Below, one piece after another: positions 18,858 through 28,104 of a DNA stretch of 31,524 nucleotides (positions within the stretch are counted from its first letter, which is position 1; the number at the start of each line of letters is the position of its first letter). Under the pieces are notes generated by a model that was not told where the DNA came from, did not search any database, and saw nothing but the letters and a program-made list of their open reading frames with translations. This DNA comes from Candidatus Sericytochromatia bacterium (GTDB lineage: Bacteria; Cyanobacteriota; Sericytochromatia; S15B-MN24; JAQBPE01), in NCBI GenBank assembly GCA_040400605.1, contig JBBAPZ010000028.1:1-31524 (forward strand), written 5' to 3'. The translations under genes and the position numbers were made by a program.

Positions 18858-20822
18858 ATGTGGTTTCGAATTGCTCATATGTCCTACACTCTTGTGCTTG
18901 CCGCAACATCCGTTGCGTGTGTGAGTCGGTCCAATACGGCATTGATGACGCCCAATAAGCCCTGGCGTGCGGTTCGAGCCAGTATCGAGACGCCGTCGCC
19001 TGTTATGACGGTCCGCGGTAGGGTGGTTTTGCCTGTTGGCTTGGTCAGCTTTGCTGGCGGTGCACTGATCACCAATAACAGCGGTGGTTTGGTCCACCAG
19101 ACCGGTCAATTGATTTCAAATAACGCCGGCGGCTTGATTGCGGGGGGCACGCTGTTGAATTCAGACATTGGTCGTGCGACGGCAGGCAAGGAGCGTGGGC
19201 GTTATTGGCAGATGCAGACTGGCTTTGCGCGCTCAGGCATCGATGAGCGGCCGGTGAGCAGCATGTCAGTGGCGCTGGCTGACGCGCAGGGTAACCTTTT
19301 CAGAAGTCTGCGGGTTGTCCAGAGCGATGCAGACGGGGTATTTGAGATTCCAATGGTGCCACGCGGTTTGACTTACACCGTGCAGGCGAGGGCACAAACC
19401 CCGAAAGGAGCGCTTCAGGTGTCATCTTTGGTGGCGTCGGATAAGCCAGTAACCGTTTCGTTGGCCAGTACAATTGCTGTGGAAAAGCTCAAACAGACAA
19501 ATGTTGATCAATGGGGTCAGTTAAACGAGGCAACGTTCGAACGTTTCAGGACCCAGGTTGCGACATCACTCAAGCCTGAAGATGAACAATTGGCATTCGT
19601 TTCCACGCCGACTGAACAAAAAGCCAGGGTGTTCGAACGCATCAAGACGGAGAATCCGGAATTGGTCACCCAGTTCGATATCCTTGCGGGTCAAATCGCT
19701 CAGATATCGCCGGAAGCGAAAACGATCGCTTCAAAACTTCGCGATCGTCCCGCCATCTCCCCATCTCCCGTTTCCATTGTCGAATCAGCACCCTCGGTCA
19801 TGCCATCGACTGCGCCAACTTTGACACCTACGGATTCCCCATCGCCGTGGACTGTTTTGGCTGTAACCCTCGCAGGTTCGATACAAGGATTCGCGGACGG
19901 CACACAGGTTGTCGCGCAGTTCAGCAGCCCCTGGGGCGTGGTGGTCGATGGCGCAGGGAATGTTTATGTGGCGGACACATTAAATCATCGCATTCGTAAG
20001 GTGAGTCCCGGTGGGGAGGTGACGACCTTGGCGGGTTCTACCGAAGGGTATGCGGACGGTACCGGTACTGCAGCCCAGTTCAAAAGCCCGTACGGTGTGA
20101 CGGTGGATGGCGAGGGGAACGTCTACGTGGCTGATACGTTCAACCATCGCATCCGTAAGGTGAGTCCCGGTGGGGAGGTGACGACCTTGGCGGGTTCGAC
20201 TGAGGGATGGGCGGATGGAACCGGCGCGCTGGCAAAAATCAGTTTCCCTTATGACGTGACGTTGGATGGCGCAGGGAATGTCTACGTGGCGAGTGCGACA
20301 AACCATCGCATTCGCAAGGTGAGCCCAGTCGGTGAAGTCACCTCGCTGGCAGGGGGACTGACCAATGGTAGTGCAGATGGCATAGGTGCCGCAGCCAGGT
20401 TTTTCAATCCTGTTGGTGTGGCAGTGGATGGCTCGGGGAATGTCTACGTGGCCGATTCGTTCAACCATCGCATTCGCAGGGTTAGTCCTGTTGGCGAGGT
20501 TTCTACTCTGGCGGGGTCAAGCAAAGGATTTGCCGACGGCCCAGGCACTACAGCCCAGTTCAACAATCCTGTTGACGTGGCGGTGGATAGCGCGGGAAAC
20601 GTCTATGTGGCTGATGAAGGAAATCATCGGATCCGCAAAGTGACTCCTGCTGGTGCGGTGACCACTCTGGCGGGGGCGATCGCAGGCTACGCAGACGGTA
20701 CAGACGCTGCAATCCAGTTCAAAAACCCGCATGGCGTGGCAGTGGATGGTGCCGGGAATATTTATGTGGCTGATAGGGCTAATCATCGCATCCGAAAGGT
20801 TCAGGTCAGTGGTGGTCGTTAA
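18858..20822 (+). CDS. Lipoprotein with ISNN-repeat N-terminal module, S/P/T linker and six NHL repeats
   Basis: GGAGG RBS; lipobox SVAC; LITNNSGGL/LISNNAGGL; six PxGVAVDGxGNVYVADxxNHRIRKV units. Confidence 0.9.
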   Translation: MWFRIAHMSYTLVLAATSVACVSRSNTALMTPNKPWRAVRASIETPSPVMTVRGRVVLPVGLVSFAGGALITNNSGGLVHQTGQLISNNAGGLIAGGTLLNSDIGRATAGKERGRYWQMQTGFARSGIDERPVSSMSVALADAQGNLFRSLRVVQSDADGVFEIPMVPRGLTYTVQARAQTPKGALQVSSLVASDKPVTVSLASTIAVEKLKQTNVDQWGQLNEATFERFRTQVATSLKPEDEQLAFVSTPTEQKARVFERIKTENPELVTQFDILAGQIAQISPEAKTIASKLRDRPAISPSPVSIVESAPSVMPSTAPTLTPTDSPSPWTVLAVTLAGSIQGFADGTQVVAQFSSPWGVVVDGAGNVYVADTLNHRIRKVSPGGEVTTLAGSTEGYADGTGTAAQFKSPYGVTVDGEGNVYVADTFNHRIRKVSPGGEVTTLAGSTEGWADGTGALAKISFPYDVTLDGAGNVYVASATNHRIRKVSPVGEVTSLAGGLTNGSADGIGAAARFFNPVGVAVDGSGNVYVADSFNHRIRRVSPVGEVSTLAGSSKGFADGPGTTAQFNNPVDVAVDSAGNVYVADEGNHRIRKVTPAGAVTTLAGAIAGYADGTDAAIQFKNPHGVAVDGAGNIYVADRANHRIRKVQVSGGR

Positions 20823-20979
20823 AAAAACCTTTTTGATGCGCGGCGCCGTTCAAAGCCGGCAATGTGCCGTTTCTCTACCGGAAGGTTGACACTTTTGGTC
20901 GCCATGATTGCCTTTTAGAAATACATAGAAGAAAGAATCACAATGCCCAGTTCAGATAATCCCCAACGGTAGCTTGAGA

Positions 20980-21372
20980 ATGAGGTCTGACGTGGATGGC
21001 TTTGTCCTTGGTCTGGATAGGGATCCGTATTGGGCTGAACAGGGTGACAACGTGGTTTGCAAGTTGAGTCTGAGGCATAGAACGAGGTGATTGCAAACAT
21101 TAGGCCAGCCAAGCTGAACTCGGGCAAGCCGGTCACCACGGATGTGATGCTTGGTGATACTGACGGCGGTCCTGCCACCCAGAAAAAACTGCTGCGTCCG
21201 CTCTCAATCGCGTTTGCTGGGGCCGGTGATCGTGATATCAAAGATCGGGTGTTGCAATCAGGCGTTGCGAGACAGGTTTGGCGACAGTTCCCTTGGACTT
21301 TCGGTCGGATTGCTGGTGGATCGCAACGTGCATTTAACCGTTGCAGATACACTGAACAGGCAGACCAAGCTC
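20980..21372 (+). pseudogene. Frameshifted, internally deleted C-terminal fragment paralogous to the 21407 gene
   Basis: VLGLDRDPYWAEQGDNVVCKL, GDTDGGPATQKKLLRPLSIAFAGAGD and GDSSLGLSVGLLVDRNVHLTVADTLNRQTKL are colinear with segments at about 23654, 23792 and 24254. Confidence 0.85.
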
Positions 21373-21406
21373 ACTCCCGGTTTTGGAACACGCGAAGGAG
21401 ATAACG

Positions 21407-24361
21407 ATGAACGAGCAATTCGTAGACCAGGCGCCAAACCGCGTGTTTCATCGTGTTGTTCAGGCAGGGTTTCTGGGCGTGACATTGTTCGTGGGCGCGT
21501 GTGTGGCGGGTGTCGAACGCACTCGTTTGCCCTTGCCGCAACCGTCGGCGAGGGTGGCTGCAACGCCTGCGCCTGCCGGCATTCTGCGCATCGGTGGTGT
21601 CGTGCGCCTGACGACGCCAGATGGTGTCAAGTTGCCAGCACGGGCTGATTTGGCGGGTGAGACGGGGCGGCTCATCTCTAACAACAATGGCAGACTGGTT
21701 TCCAATAACGGGGCTGGACTGGTTTCGAACGGTAGCGGCGGCCTGGTGGCGGATGGTGCGGGTCTTGTGTCCAACAATGGCGCTGGATTTGGCTCCAGTC
21801 GATGGCTGACGGCATTGTCGGGTTTTCGGATCGTTTCCACAGTGGCTGCCGCACCGGAGGATCGCCTGGTTGAGGCGGTGGTGGAGGTGCTGGACGCCAC
21901 GGGACAGGTCGTACGCGATCGCACAGGCAAACCCGTCCAAACGGTGACAGATGCAGCGGGGCAATTCGTGTTGAACACCCAGTTGACCGAACAAAACGTA
22001 ATCTTACGGGTCAAGTTGAATGAAGCATTGGCAGGTTCTGGCCGTGAGTTGCGGGCGATGGTGACCCGAGGGGTCCCTACCACGGCCATCGACTCGGCGT
22101 CTTCTATGTCCGCTGCCTATGTGTTGGAGCAGTATGTTCAAGGGCAAACCGAGCGTTTTGAGCGATTGACTGCCGATGCGAACGCCCAACTGACCCGCGA
22201 CATGGTATCTGCCCGGGGCTTGCTCGGTCGAACGGCGCTCGATTATGGGGCCCAATCATTGCAGGATGTGGTGGGCGATTTGCGCACGCGGACATCGGAA
22301 TTGAACAACACCCTCGAGATGGTCAAAACCTTGTTGCTCCTCGGCCAAAAAGATCTTGGAGCCGGTCTGCCGGCACGTGAGGTGCCATTTTCCCTTCCCG
22401 TTGCGGTGGCACGGGATGCCGCGGGCCGAATTTTTATCGCGGAAGAATTTGCGGCACGCATTCGGGTGGTCAATCCGGACGGCCGGGTTAACCTGTTTGC
22501 TGGCGACAAAGGTGTGAATGCGTTTGTCCCTGGCATATCTCGCGATGCGCTGGGATTCGCTTCGGTATCGGATATGACGCTTCACCCGAAAGGAGGGCTG
22601 CTGGTCGTCGATTCAGGAGCAAATGCAGTTTACTGGCTGAAACCTGATGGGGTAGTGGAACGTCTTGTAAATGGCGCTGAACGACCCGGGTTTTCACAAC
22701 TTTCGGTTGTTTCCGCGGGCTCAGATGGCACCATTTTGTGTTCCAGTGGCGGCAACATTCTACGTCTGGATGGTCCTGCACCGACAGAGGTGGAACCGCC
22801 AGCGCTGTCAGGTGGCTACAAGGTGGACGGTCTTGCTGTGGCCGGTGATGGGGCGTACTGGTGTATCCAGAGAGGGACCCTGTTTCGCCGCGAACGAAGC
22901 ACCGATAACTGGAACCCGGTCGTGGTGAGCGGGCAGTTCGGATCGTATGGCCGGCTGGCGCCTGTGGGTGACCTGGATGTTTACGCGACCGAGTCGGACG
23001 GTGACCGGATCATTCGGGTGTCGCCAGACGGGACGGTACGTACCGTCGTGGGAACAGGACGTCTGGGCGAGGCACCGGATGTGAATATTCGTGGCCGTGA
23101 TTCAGGCACTTCCTTGCTTAGGCCGGCTGGCATGGCGGTTGCGCCAGATGGCAAGGTGCTGGTGGCGAACTACTGGCGCCAGGTGGTGCAGGAATGTGAC
23201 CCAGATCAACTGGTGAGTGGTTTGAGCATCATCGCAGGTGTTGACGCATCGGATGTGAAGGCGTCAAACGATGTTCTGGCGGTGAATGGCCCATCCGGGT
23301 TGGACTGGTTGCCGGGTCGTGACGGCTTTGTTTACTCGGAGTCGGGTGCGAACCTTGTGAGGCAGTTTGAGGCGGGCCGCGCGTCTGTGCTTGCCGGTGG
23401 TCGCGTCTGGAATCTCACACCGTCTGTCAAGGCGGTGGATGCGGCACTGACGGCCCCGATCGCCACGCGGTTTGACCGCCAGGGCAATCTCTGGATTCTG
23501 GAATCAGTGGCGTCGCGTTTGTTGAAAGTGGCGCCGGACGGGACCGTGCGCGTGATGGCTGGCAATGGTCAGGTGTTTCGGAATGGCTCCGTTGCGCCGC
23601 AGTTCGACCCCACCGGGAAGGATCCGCGATCGCTTCAGTTCGGGCGTCCAACCGCGCTTGTGATCGGCCCCGACAACCAGCCGTACTGGACTGATCAGGC
23701 CTACAACATCGTGTGTACCCTGACCGCTGATGCTCGGGTCGTGACGGTGGTAGGCCCCACGCCCGCGATGAAAAGTGATGGGGGCGATGGCGGCGATGGT
23801 GGACCAGCCGCGCAGGCGTCCCTGCGTTGGCCGATGTCGCTGGCGTTTGATGCGGCGGGTGACCTTTACATCTCAGATACGGGCAACTTCCGGGTACGCC
23901 GGGTTGCAATGGGTCAACCGGATCGCCCCATTTCCAGCTTTTTGGGGGTGGGAATGGTGCAATCGGTGTTGCGGCTGGCGCAAAAAACGACGCAAAATCT
24001 TCCAGGCCGTGAGCCTGTCGAGGAGGCACTGACCATCCTACCGGGGCCACTGTGTTTTGATGCGAATAATCGGCTTTACGTCGCAGAAGTGGGTAGTCAG
24101 CGCGCGTCCACCGTGTTTCAGGGTAATGGTTTGACACTCCCTGCGCAGTTCCCGGTGGTGGGTGCGCGCATTCGACGGGTGGACCTGGCTGCCCCATCGC
24201 GGGTGATCGAGACGATCGCCGGTGTTGGCACATCGCTGCTGAGCGCCGAGACTGGCAATGACGCACTGGGATTGCCGATTGGTATGCTCGTGGATGATTC
24301 CGGGCGCTTGATCATTGCCGATGTGCTCAATAATCAGATCAAGTTGGCCCAATTGCCATAG
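21407..24361 (+). CDS. Large lipoprotein with ISNN-repeat N-terminal module and multiple NHL/teneurin-like propeller blades
   Basis: AAGGAG RBS; lipobox VGAC; LISNNNGRLVSNNGAGLVSNGSGGL...; GDGGPAAQASLRWPMSLAFDAAGDLYISDTGNFRVRRV. Confidence 0.9.
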   Translation: MNEQFVDQAPNRVFHRVVQAGFLGVTLFVGACVAGVERTRLPLPQPSARVAATPAPAGILRIGGVVRLTTPDGVKLPARADLAGETGRLISNNNGRLVSNNGAGLVSNGSGGLVADGAGLVSNNGAGFGSSRWLTALSGFRIVSTVAAAPEDRLVEAVVEVLDATGQVVRDRTGKPVQTVTDAAGQFVLNTQLTEQNVILRVKLNEALAGSGRELRAMVTRGVPTTAIDSASSMSAAYVLEQYVQGQTERFERLTADANAQLTRDMVSARGLLGRTALDYGAQSLQDVVGDLRTRTSELNNTLEMVKTLLLLGQKDLGAGLPAREVPFSLPVAVARDAAGRIFIAEEFAARIRVVNPDGRVNLFAGDKGVNAFVPGISRDALGFASVSDMTLHPKGGLLVVDSGANAVYWLKPDGVVERLVNGAERPGFSQLSVVSAGSDGTILCSSGGNILRLDGPAPTEVEPPALSGGYKVDGLAVAGDGAYWCIQRGTLFRRERSTDNWNPVVVSGQFGSYGRLAPVGDLDVYATESDGDRIIRVSPDGTVRTVVGTGRLGEAPDVNIRGRDSGTSLLRPAGMAVAPDGKVLVANYWRQVVQECDPDQLVSGLSIIAGVDASDVKASNDVLAVNGPSGLDWLPGRDGFVYSESGANLVRQFEAGRASVLAGGRVWNLTPSVKAVDAALTAPIATRFDRQGNLWILESVASRLLKVAPDGTVRVMAGNGQVFRNGSVAPQFDPTGKDPRSLQFGRPTALVIGPDNQPYWTDQAYNIVCTLTADARVVTVVGPTPAMKSDGGDGGDGGPAAQASLRWPMSLAFDAAGDLYISDTGNFRVRRVAMGQPDRPISSFLGVGMVQSVLRLAQKTTQNLPGREPVEEALTILPGPLCFDANNRLYVAEVGSQRASTVFQGNGLTLPAQFPVVGARIRRVDLAAPSRVIETIAGVGTSLLSAETGNDALGLPIGMLVDDSGRLIIADVLNNQIKLAQLP

Positions 24362-24456
24362 GGGCCCTAACGCGGTCCAGGCGGTGAATGACTTTGACGT
24401 GCTCTCGCCCCCGTTTTGCAGCAAACCGCCTCGCGCGGTGAATCTTTACGCCCACT

Positions 24457-24498
24457 GGCGATTGGCGCCTGGTTCGGCTCCAGGCGCCAATCGCCTTT
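24457..24498 (+). terminator. Perfect 16-bp hairpin, probable terminator
   Basis: GGCGATTGGCGCCTGG-N7-CCAGGCGCCAATCGCC then TTT. Confidence 0.65.
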
Positions 24499-24501
24499 GC
24501 C

Positions 24502-25081
24502 CTCAAGCTTCGGACTGTTTTCGGAGCGAGTACCCGCTCTGAAGCCCTGCGCGATCTCCTGTTGCGGCCAGGTCGACGGTCAACGACCTGCTTGACGTCG
24601 CCGACAATGCCAGCATTTGACGATGGGTTTCGCGAAGGCCTTGGTGTCACTGTCGGGGTAGCCGAAAGCGAGGAGTCCTGGCTAGGGTTCTTGCGAGAGC
24701 TTCTCGGGCGTGCGATTGGTGGTCGCAGATGCGCACCAAGGGCTCAAGAATGCCATTGCCGCAACCCTATCCGGTGCGGCGTGGCAGCAATGCACGGTGC
24801 ACTTTAACGGCAGGGCAAAGTCTCAAAGGCCCAGCAGGGGGTCGTAACGGCTGCCGTTGATTGGCACGGTGCTTTCTGAGCAGCACGAAGAGTGGCAGAC
24901 TGGACGCCGCTATAAGGGGGCTTGAAACACTCGCTGCCTTCAAGCAACTTGCAGTGATCACGCAACTGCCCGAAAATCCACTGGTCGAGACCGATGCGGC
25001 GTAAGCCGCTTCGATCTTGACCAGCCACTGTATCCATTTGGAGAGAAAATGGCTTTTACACCACGACCTGGGACTTGACCC
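24502..25081 (+). mobile_element. IS256-family remnant (fragmented transposase plus right end)
   Basis: REGLGVTVGVAESEESWLGFLREL, GVRLVVADAHQGLKNAIAATLSGAAWQQCTVHF, LIGTVLSEQHEEWQTGRRY; end motif TTTACACCACGACCTGGGACTTGACCC at 25055-25081. Confidence 0.9.
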
Positions 25082-25184
25082 TACCGGCAGCGAAAAGCAA
25101 GTCGGCACGCCGCAAGACAACTACGCACGAGAACTCAGAAGGATTACCCATTCTCTCGTTCCGGACGCTGCTGGAGGGCTTGTA

Positions 25185-25961
25185 TCACTGGTCCAACACC
25201 TGTTTAAGCCAATCAAGCGTCAGGCTGATGACCAGTTCGTGCTGGCGTTGCCGCGAGATGCTTGCCACGCCATCATTGGGATGCGGACCGTAGTCGCCAA
25301 ACTGGGCATGATTGGCACCATCAATGCCCGTGCGTTGCGTTTGTTTTGGAAGCCTGTGCATTTCGGCATTCACTTCTTCCAACGTCACCCGGCGATCCTC
25401 TGAACCATAAATGCTGAGCACAGGCAAGGCCGTGCGCGACAGATTGACAGTGGGCCCCGGCAACGCGGCGAGTAGAAACAGACCTGCTATGCGCCGTGTA
25501 TTCCAAGCCGCATAAATCGACGCGGCAACACCGCCTAGCGAGTGGCCACCGATCACCCAGCGATCGACGTCAGCGTATTGTTTCATCACCACGTTTGCCT
25601 GATTGGGAGCAAAGAGCGCCAACTGACGCGGCATCGACGGAATGCAAACCGTGTACCCTGCCAGCGCCCAAGCACGGGCCAACGGCGCATAGGCTTCTGG
25701 TGCGACTTTGCCCCCAGGATAGAAAATGAGCCCACGACGGCTGCCCGCCAACGGGCGAAACACCACACCGTCACGGCGCAAAATGGTCAAAGCGGGATGA
25801 GGAGCAAGAGCAGCCTCTGCGAGTTTGCCAATCGCGGGCTCCGTATTGGTCGCCAAAGCATCAACACGGGTTAGCGCACGCTCATTACCACCTACAACCT
25901 GCATTCCGCACCCTGTCAACACCATCAGGGCCAGTAACCCTGGCAATACACGCCGGTTCAT
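25185..25961 (-). CDS. Alpha/beta hydrolase lipoprotein
   Basis: GAGGAG RBS; lipobox LTGC; IFYPGG, GHSLGG, GSED, GANHAQFGDYG. Confidence 0.92.
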   Translation of the reverse strand: MNRRVLPGLLALMVLTGCGMQVVGGNERALTRVDALATNTEPAIGKLAEAALAPHPALTILRRDGVVFRPLAGSRRGLIFYPGGKVAPEAYAPLARAWALAGYTVCIPSMPRQLALFAPNQANVVMKQYADVDRWVIGGHSLGGVAASIYAAWNTRRIAGLFLLAALPGPTVNLSRTALPVLSIYGSEDRRVTLEEVNAEMHRLPKQTQRTGIDGANHAQFGDYGPHPNDGVASISRQRQHELVISLTLDWLKQVLDQ

Positions 25962-26086
25962 TGTGACACACTCCTCAAGCCTCGCCCTCATTCCAACATG
26001 TGGGCCAACACAATCATGGTTAAATTCTGGGCAAATGAGAGATAAATCTTGTCAAAAAAAGATTAATTAAAAGTTAAATTTTCTAT

Positions 26087-26146
26087 GTGAGCGTGAAGCA
26101 GCAAGCGTAAACTGGGGGTCAAGGGCGGCGATGTTTCATCGTTTGT
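26087..26146 (+). repeat. Dispersed intergenic element, truncated copy 3
   Basis: GCAGCAAGCGTAAACTGGGGGTCAAGGGCGGCGATGTTTCATC aligns without gaps to GCAGCAAGCGCAAACTGCAGGTCGGAGGCGGCGATAACCCATC of copy 2. Confidence 0.7.
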
Positions 26147-26284
26147 TATGACGACATCTTATCGTTGGTGCGGCAATCGGGGACGCTCAGTGGTATTGCG
26201 TGGCGTGCCGGTTTTGGTGATCACCACGCCAGTTTCAGGTCATCCGTGGTGATTGAACCAGATGATGATGAGATACCGTTTTAA
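26147..26284 (+). pseudogene. 3' gene fragment ending in SSB-like tail DDDEIPF*
   Basis: Frame YDDILSLVRQ...VVIEPDDDEIPF-TAA; no ATG in frame. Confidence 0.5.
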
Positions 26285-26589
26285 CGCACAAGGCCACTTC
26301 CCGCATCCTGTGACAGGGGTGCGATTTTGTCATCAATGGAGTCAAACAAGTCGTGTCGCGTATTAAGGGAGATGTTTTGGTATTCACTGAACGGGGGTGG
26401 TGCCTGAGGAGGGCATCCGACTGCCCGCAGCTTGCGGGGACGGGTGGGATAAAGGGCGTAACCGGGCTCACCCCGGTAAACTGACATTTGGACACTGACG
26501 CGACACCTGCCGGTCAACGCAGAGCGCGGCATTCCAATTTCGGCAGCCAAATCTGCACACCCATTTTTCCACCCCCGACAAGGTGTGGA

Positions 26590-26616
26590 TTTACACCATC
26601 ATATGGGACACTTCCC
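26590..26616 (+). mobile_element. Isolated IS256-type terminal sequence
   Basis: TTTACACCA-N5-TGGGAC-N4-CCC, the same pattern as 25055-25081. Confidence 0.55.
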
Positions 26617-26932
26617 CCACGGAGGCGGGGCACGGGCACGGTCATCCGGTTTTTGATGCTCACAATATCCGTAGTCTGCACCGTGTCAGCCATCCGCTTT
26701 GTATTTTTGCCGCCACAGGCACAAAGTGATCACCCCTTCAGCCACGTCTCGTCCTGGGCCTGCGCATCCTGTACCCCCGCACCGCAGCGGAATCGATGGC
26801 GGTACCACGCGATATCCCGGGGATGCATCAGGCGATCGCTTCACGCTTGCAAGGGTTTTGTGAAACACCTGTCGGCTGCCTTGTCGCCCACTGACAATAA
26901 ACTCCTTAACCAAAAATTGACGTCAGCCTGCT

Positions 26933-26960
26933 TGTATACCTTGCTAAAATCAGGTATACA
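26933..26960 (+). promoter_or_regulatory. Palindromic operator enclosing an extended -10 element
   Basis: TGTATACCT-N10-AGGTATACA with TGCTAAAAT in the spacer. Confidence 0.6.
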
Positions 26961-27036
26961 TTAAAAGTACACAAATTCATAAAATTTAAAATCTGTTTTT
27001 AATTGTAGGCAGTGCGTAATGATGGAGGAAAAAGCG

Positions 27037-28104
27037 ATGGTGAGGGTGACTAACTGGGCGGTACTGTCAATGTTGGTGGGTTCGCTGGTGGGGTGTAGTT
27101 TGCCTGGGATGGCGCCTGTGGGGCTGAAGCCTGTTATGGTGTCGCCGGTGAGTGGGTTGAAGGGGTCAGTGACTTTACGGGTGAGTGGGTTGGTAAAGCG
27201 GGCGTACCAGGTGTTGGCGGCTACGGATGCCATCGAGCGCCTGAACATCACGTTGAGCGCGGGTGATAAGGTCTACGAGCGGAGTTTGTCCCGCAAGGCG
27301 TTGTCGCAGCCGGAGGCGACGGTGAATTTTGAGGCGGTGCCGGTGGGCGTGGCGGTACTGGATGTGCAGGCGCTGGATGTCGCTGAGCGGATAATAGGTA
27401 AAGGTTCACAGAAGACTGATGTGATTGCCAACGAGGTGGTGATGGTGCCGGTCGCGGTGAAAATGGCGGGTAACACGGGTGGTGTTTCGGCGACGATCAC
27501 GTTTGAGGAGGATGAGCAAGCGTCGCCGCATAAGGCATTGCCCTGGAACGACGAGGGATTTCGCGTTGCGGATGACAATGATGATAAGTATCTTGGTTAT
27601 GCCGAGTTTGAGCGTCACTTCCCGTTTGATGGGATGAGCGCCTCTGCGCCGCGGCCGTTGTGTCGTTTGCCTGTCCGACCTGTTCAAGATGAGACGGGTG
27701 GTCCGCAGCGGGGGGTTCTTGGTGCGCGAGCGATTAGTGACGAGAGATGTTTGCCTGCGGTGGGAGGCGCGCGGCAGACGTTTGAACGGCTGGATCGCAA
27801 TTTTGATGGGTTCTTGACTTTGGAGGAGTTTACAGGCCAAGTTGTGGAGGTTCAGCCGCAACCGACGAATGTGCCTTTGATTCAGGATTGTTCCATGGAC
27901 TTCAAGGCGCGTGATCGTGATGGTGATGGTTTGTTGAGTCTGACGGAGTGGCTGGGGATCCCGGAGGGTGCTGCCGGGTTGACCTTTGAGAAGGCAGAGT
28001 CGTACGCCCGCCTGGATGTGGATAAAGATGGTTTCTTGTCGCTTGAGGAGTTTAGGGCAGATTGTCAGGATGTGAGGCCCCTCGTGATCCCGACGCCCCT
28101 CTAA
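27037..28104 (+). CDS. Lipoprotein with beta-rich N-terminal domain and four EF-hand loops
   Basis: GGAGG RBS; lipobox LVGC; DDNDDKYLGYAE, DRNFDGFLTLEE, DRDGDGLLSLTE, DVDKDGFLSLEE. Confidence 0.9.
   Translation: MVRVTNWAVLSMLVGSLVGCSLPGMAPVGLKPVMVSPVSGLKGSVTLRVSGLVKRAYQVLAATDAIERLNITLSAGDKVYERSLSRKALSQPEATVNFEAVPVGVAVLDVQALDVAERIIGKGSQKTDVIANEVVMVPVAVKMAGNTGGVSATITFEEDEQASPHKALPWNDEGFRVADDNDDKYLGYAEFERHFPFDGMSASAPRPLCRLPVRPVQDETGGPQRGVLGARAISDERCLPAVGGARQTFERLDRNFDGFLTLEEFTGQVVEVQPQPTNVPLIQDCSMDFKARDRDGDGLLSLTEWLGIPEGAAGLTFEKAESYARLDVDKDGFLSLEEFRADCQDVRPLVIPTPL

Noticed and set aside
18585..21372. Orphan fragments as DGR template repeats
   Set aside because: No reverse transcriptase in the window; divergence is broad, includes indels and is not adenine-specific.
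26620..26913. Minus-strand ORFs near an AAGGAG
   Set aside because: Stops in the plausible frames and no family recognised; possibly a remnant.
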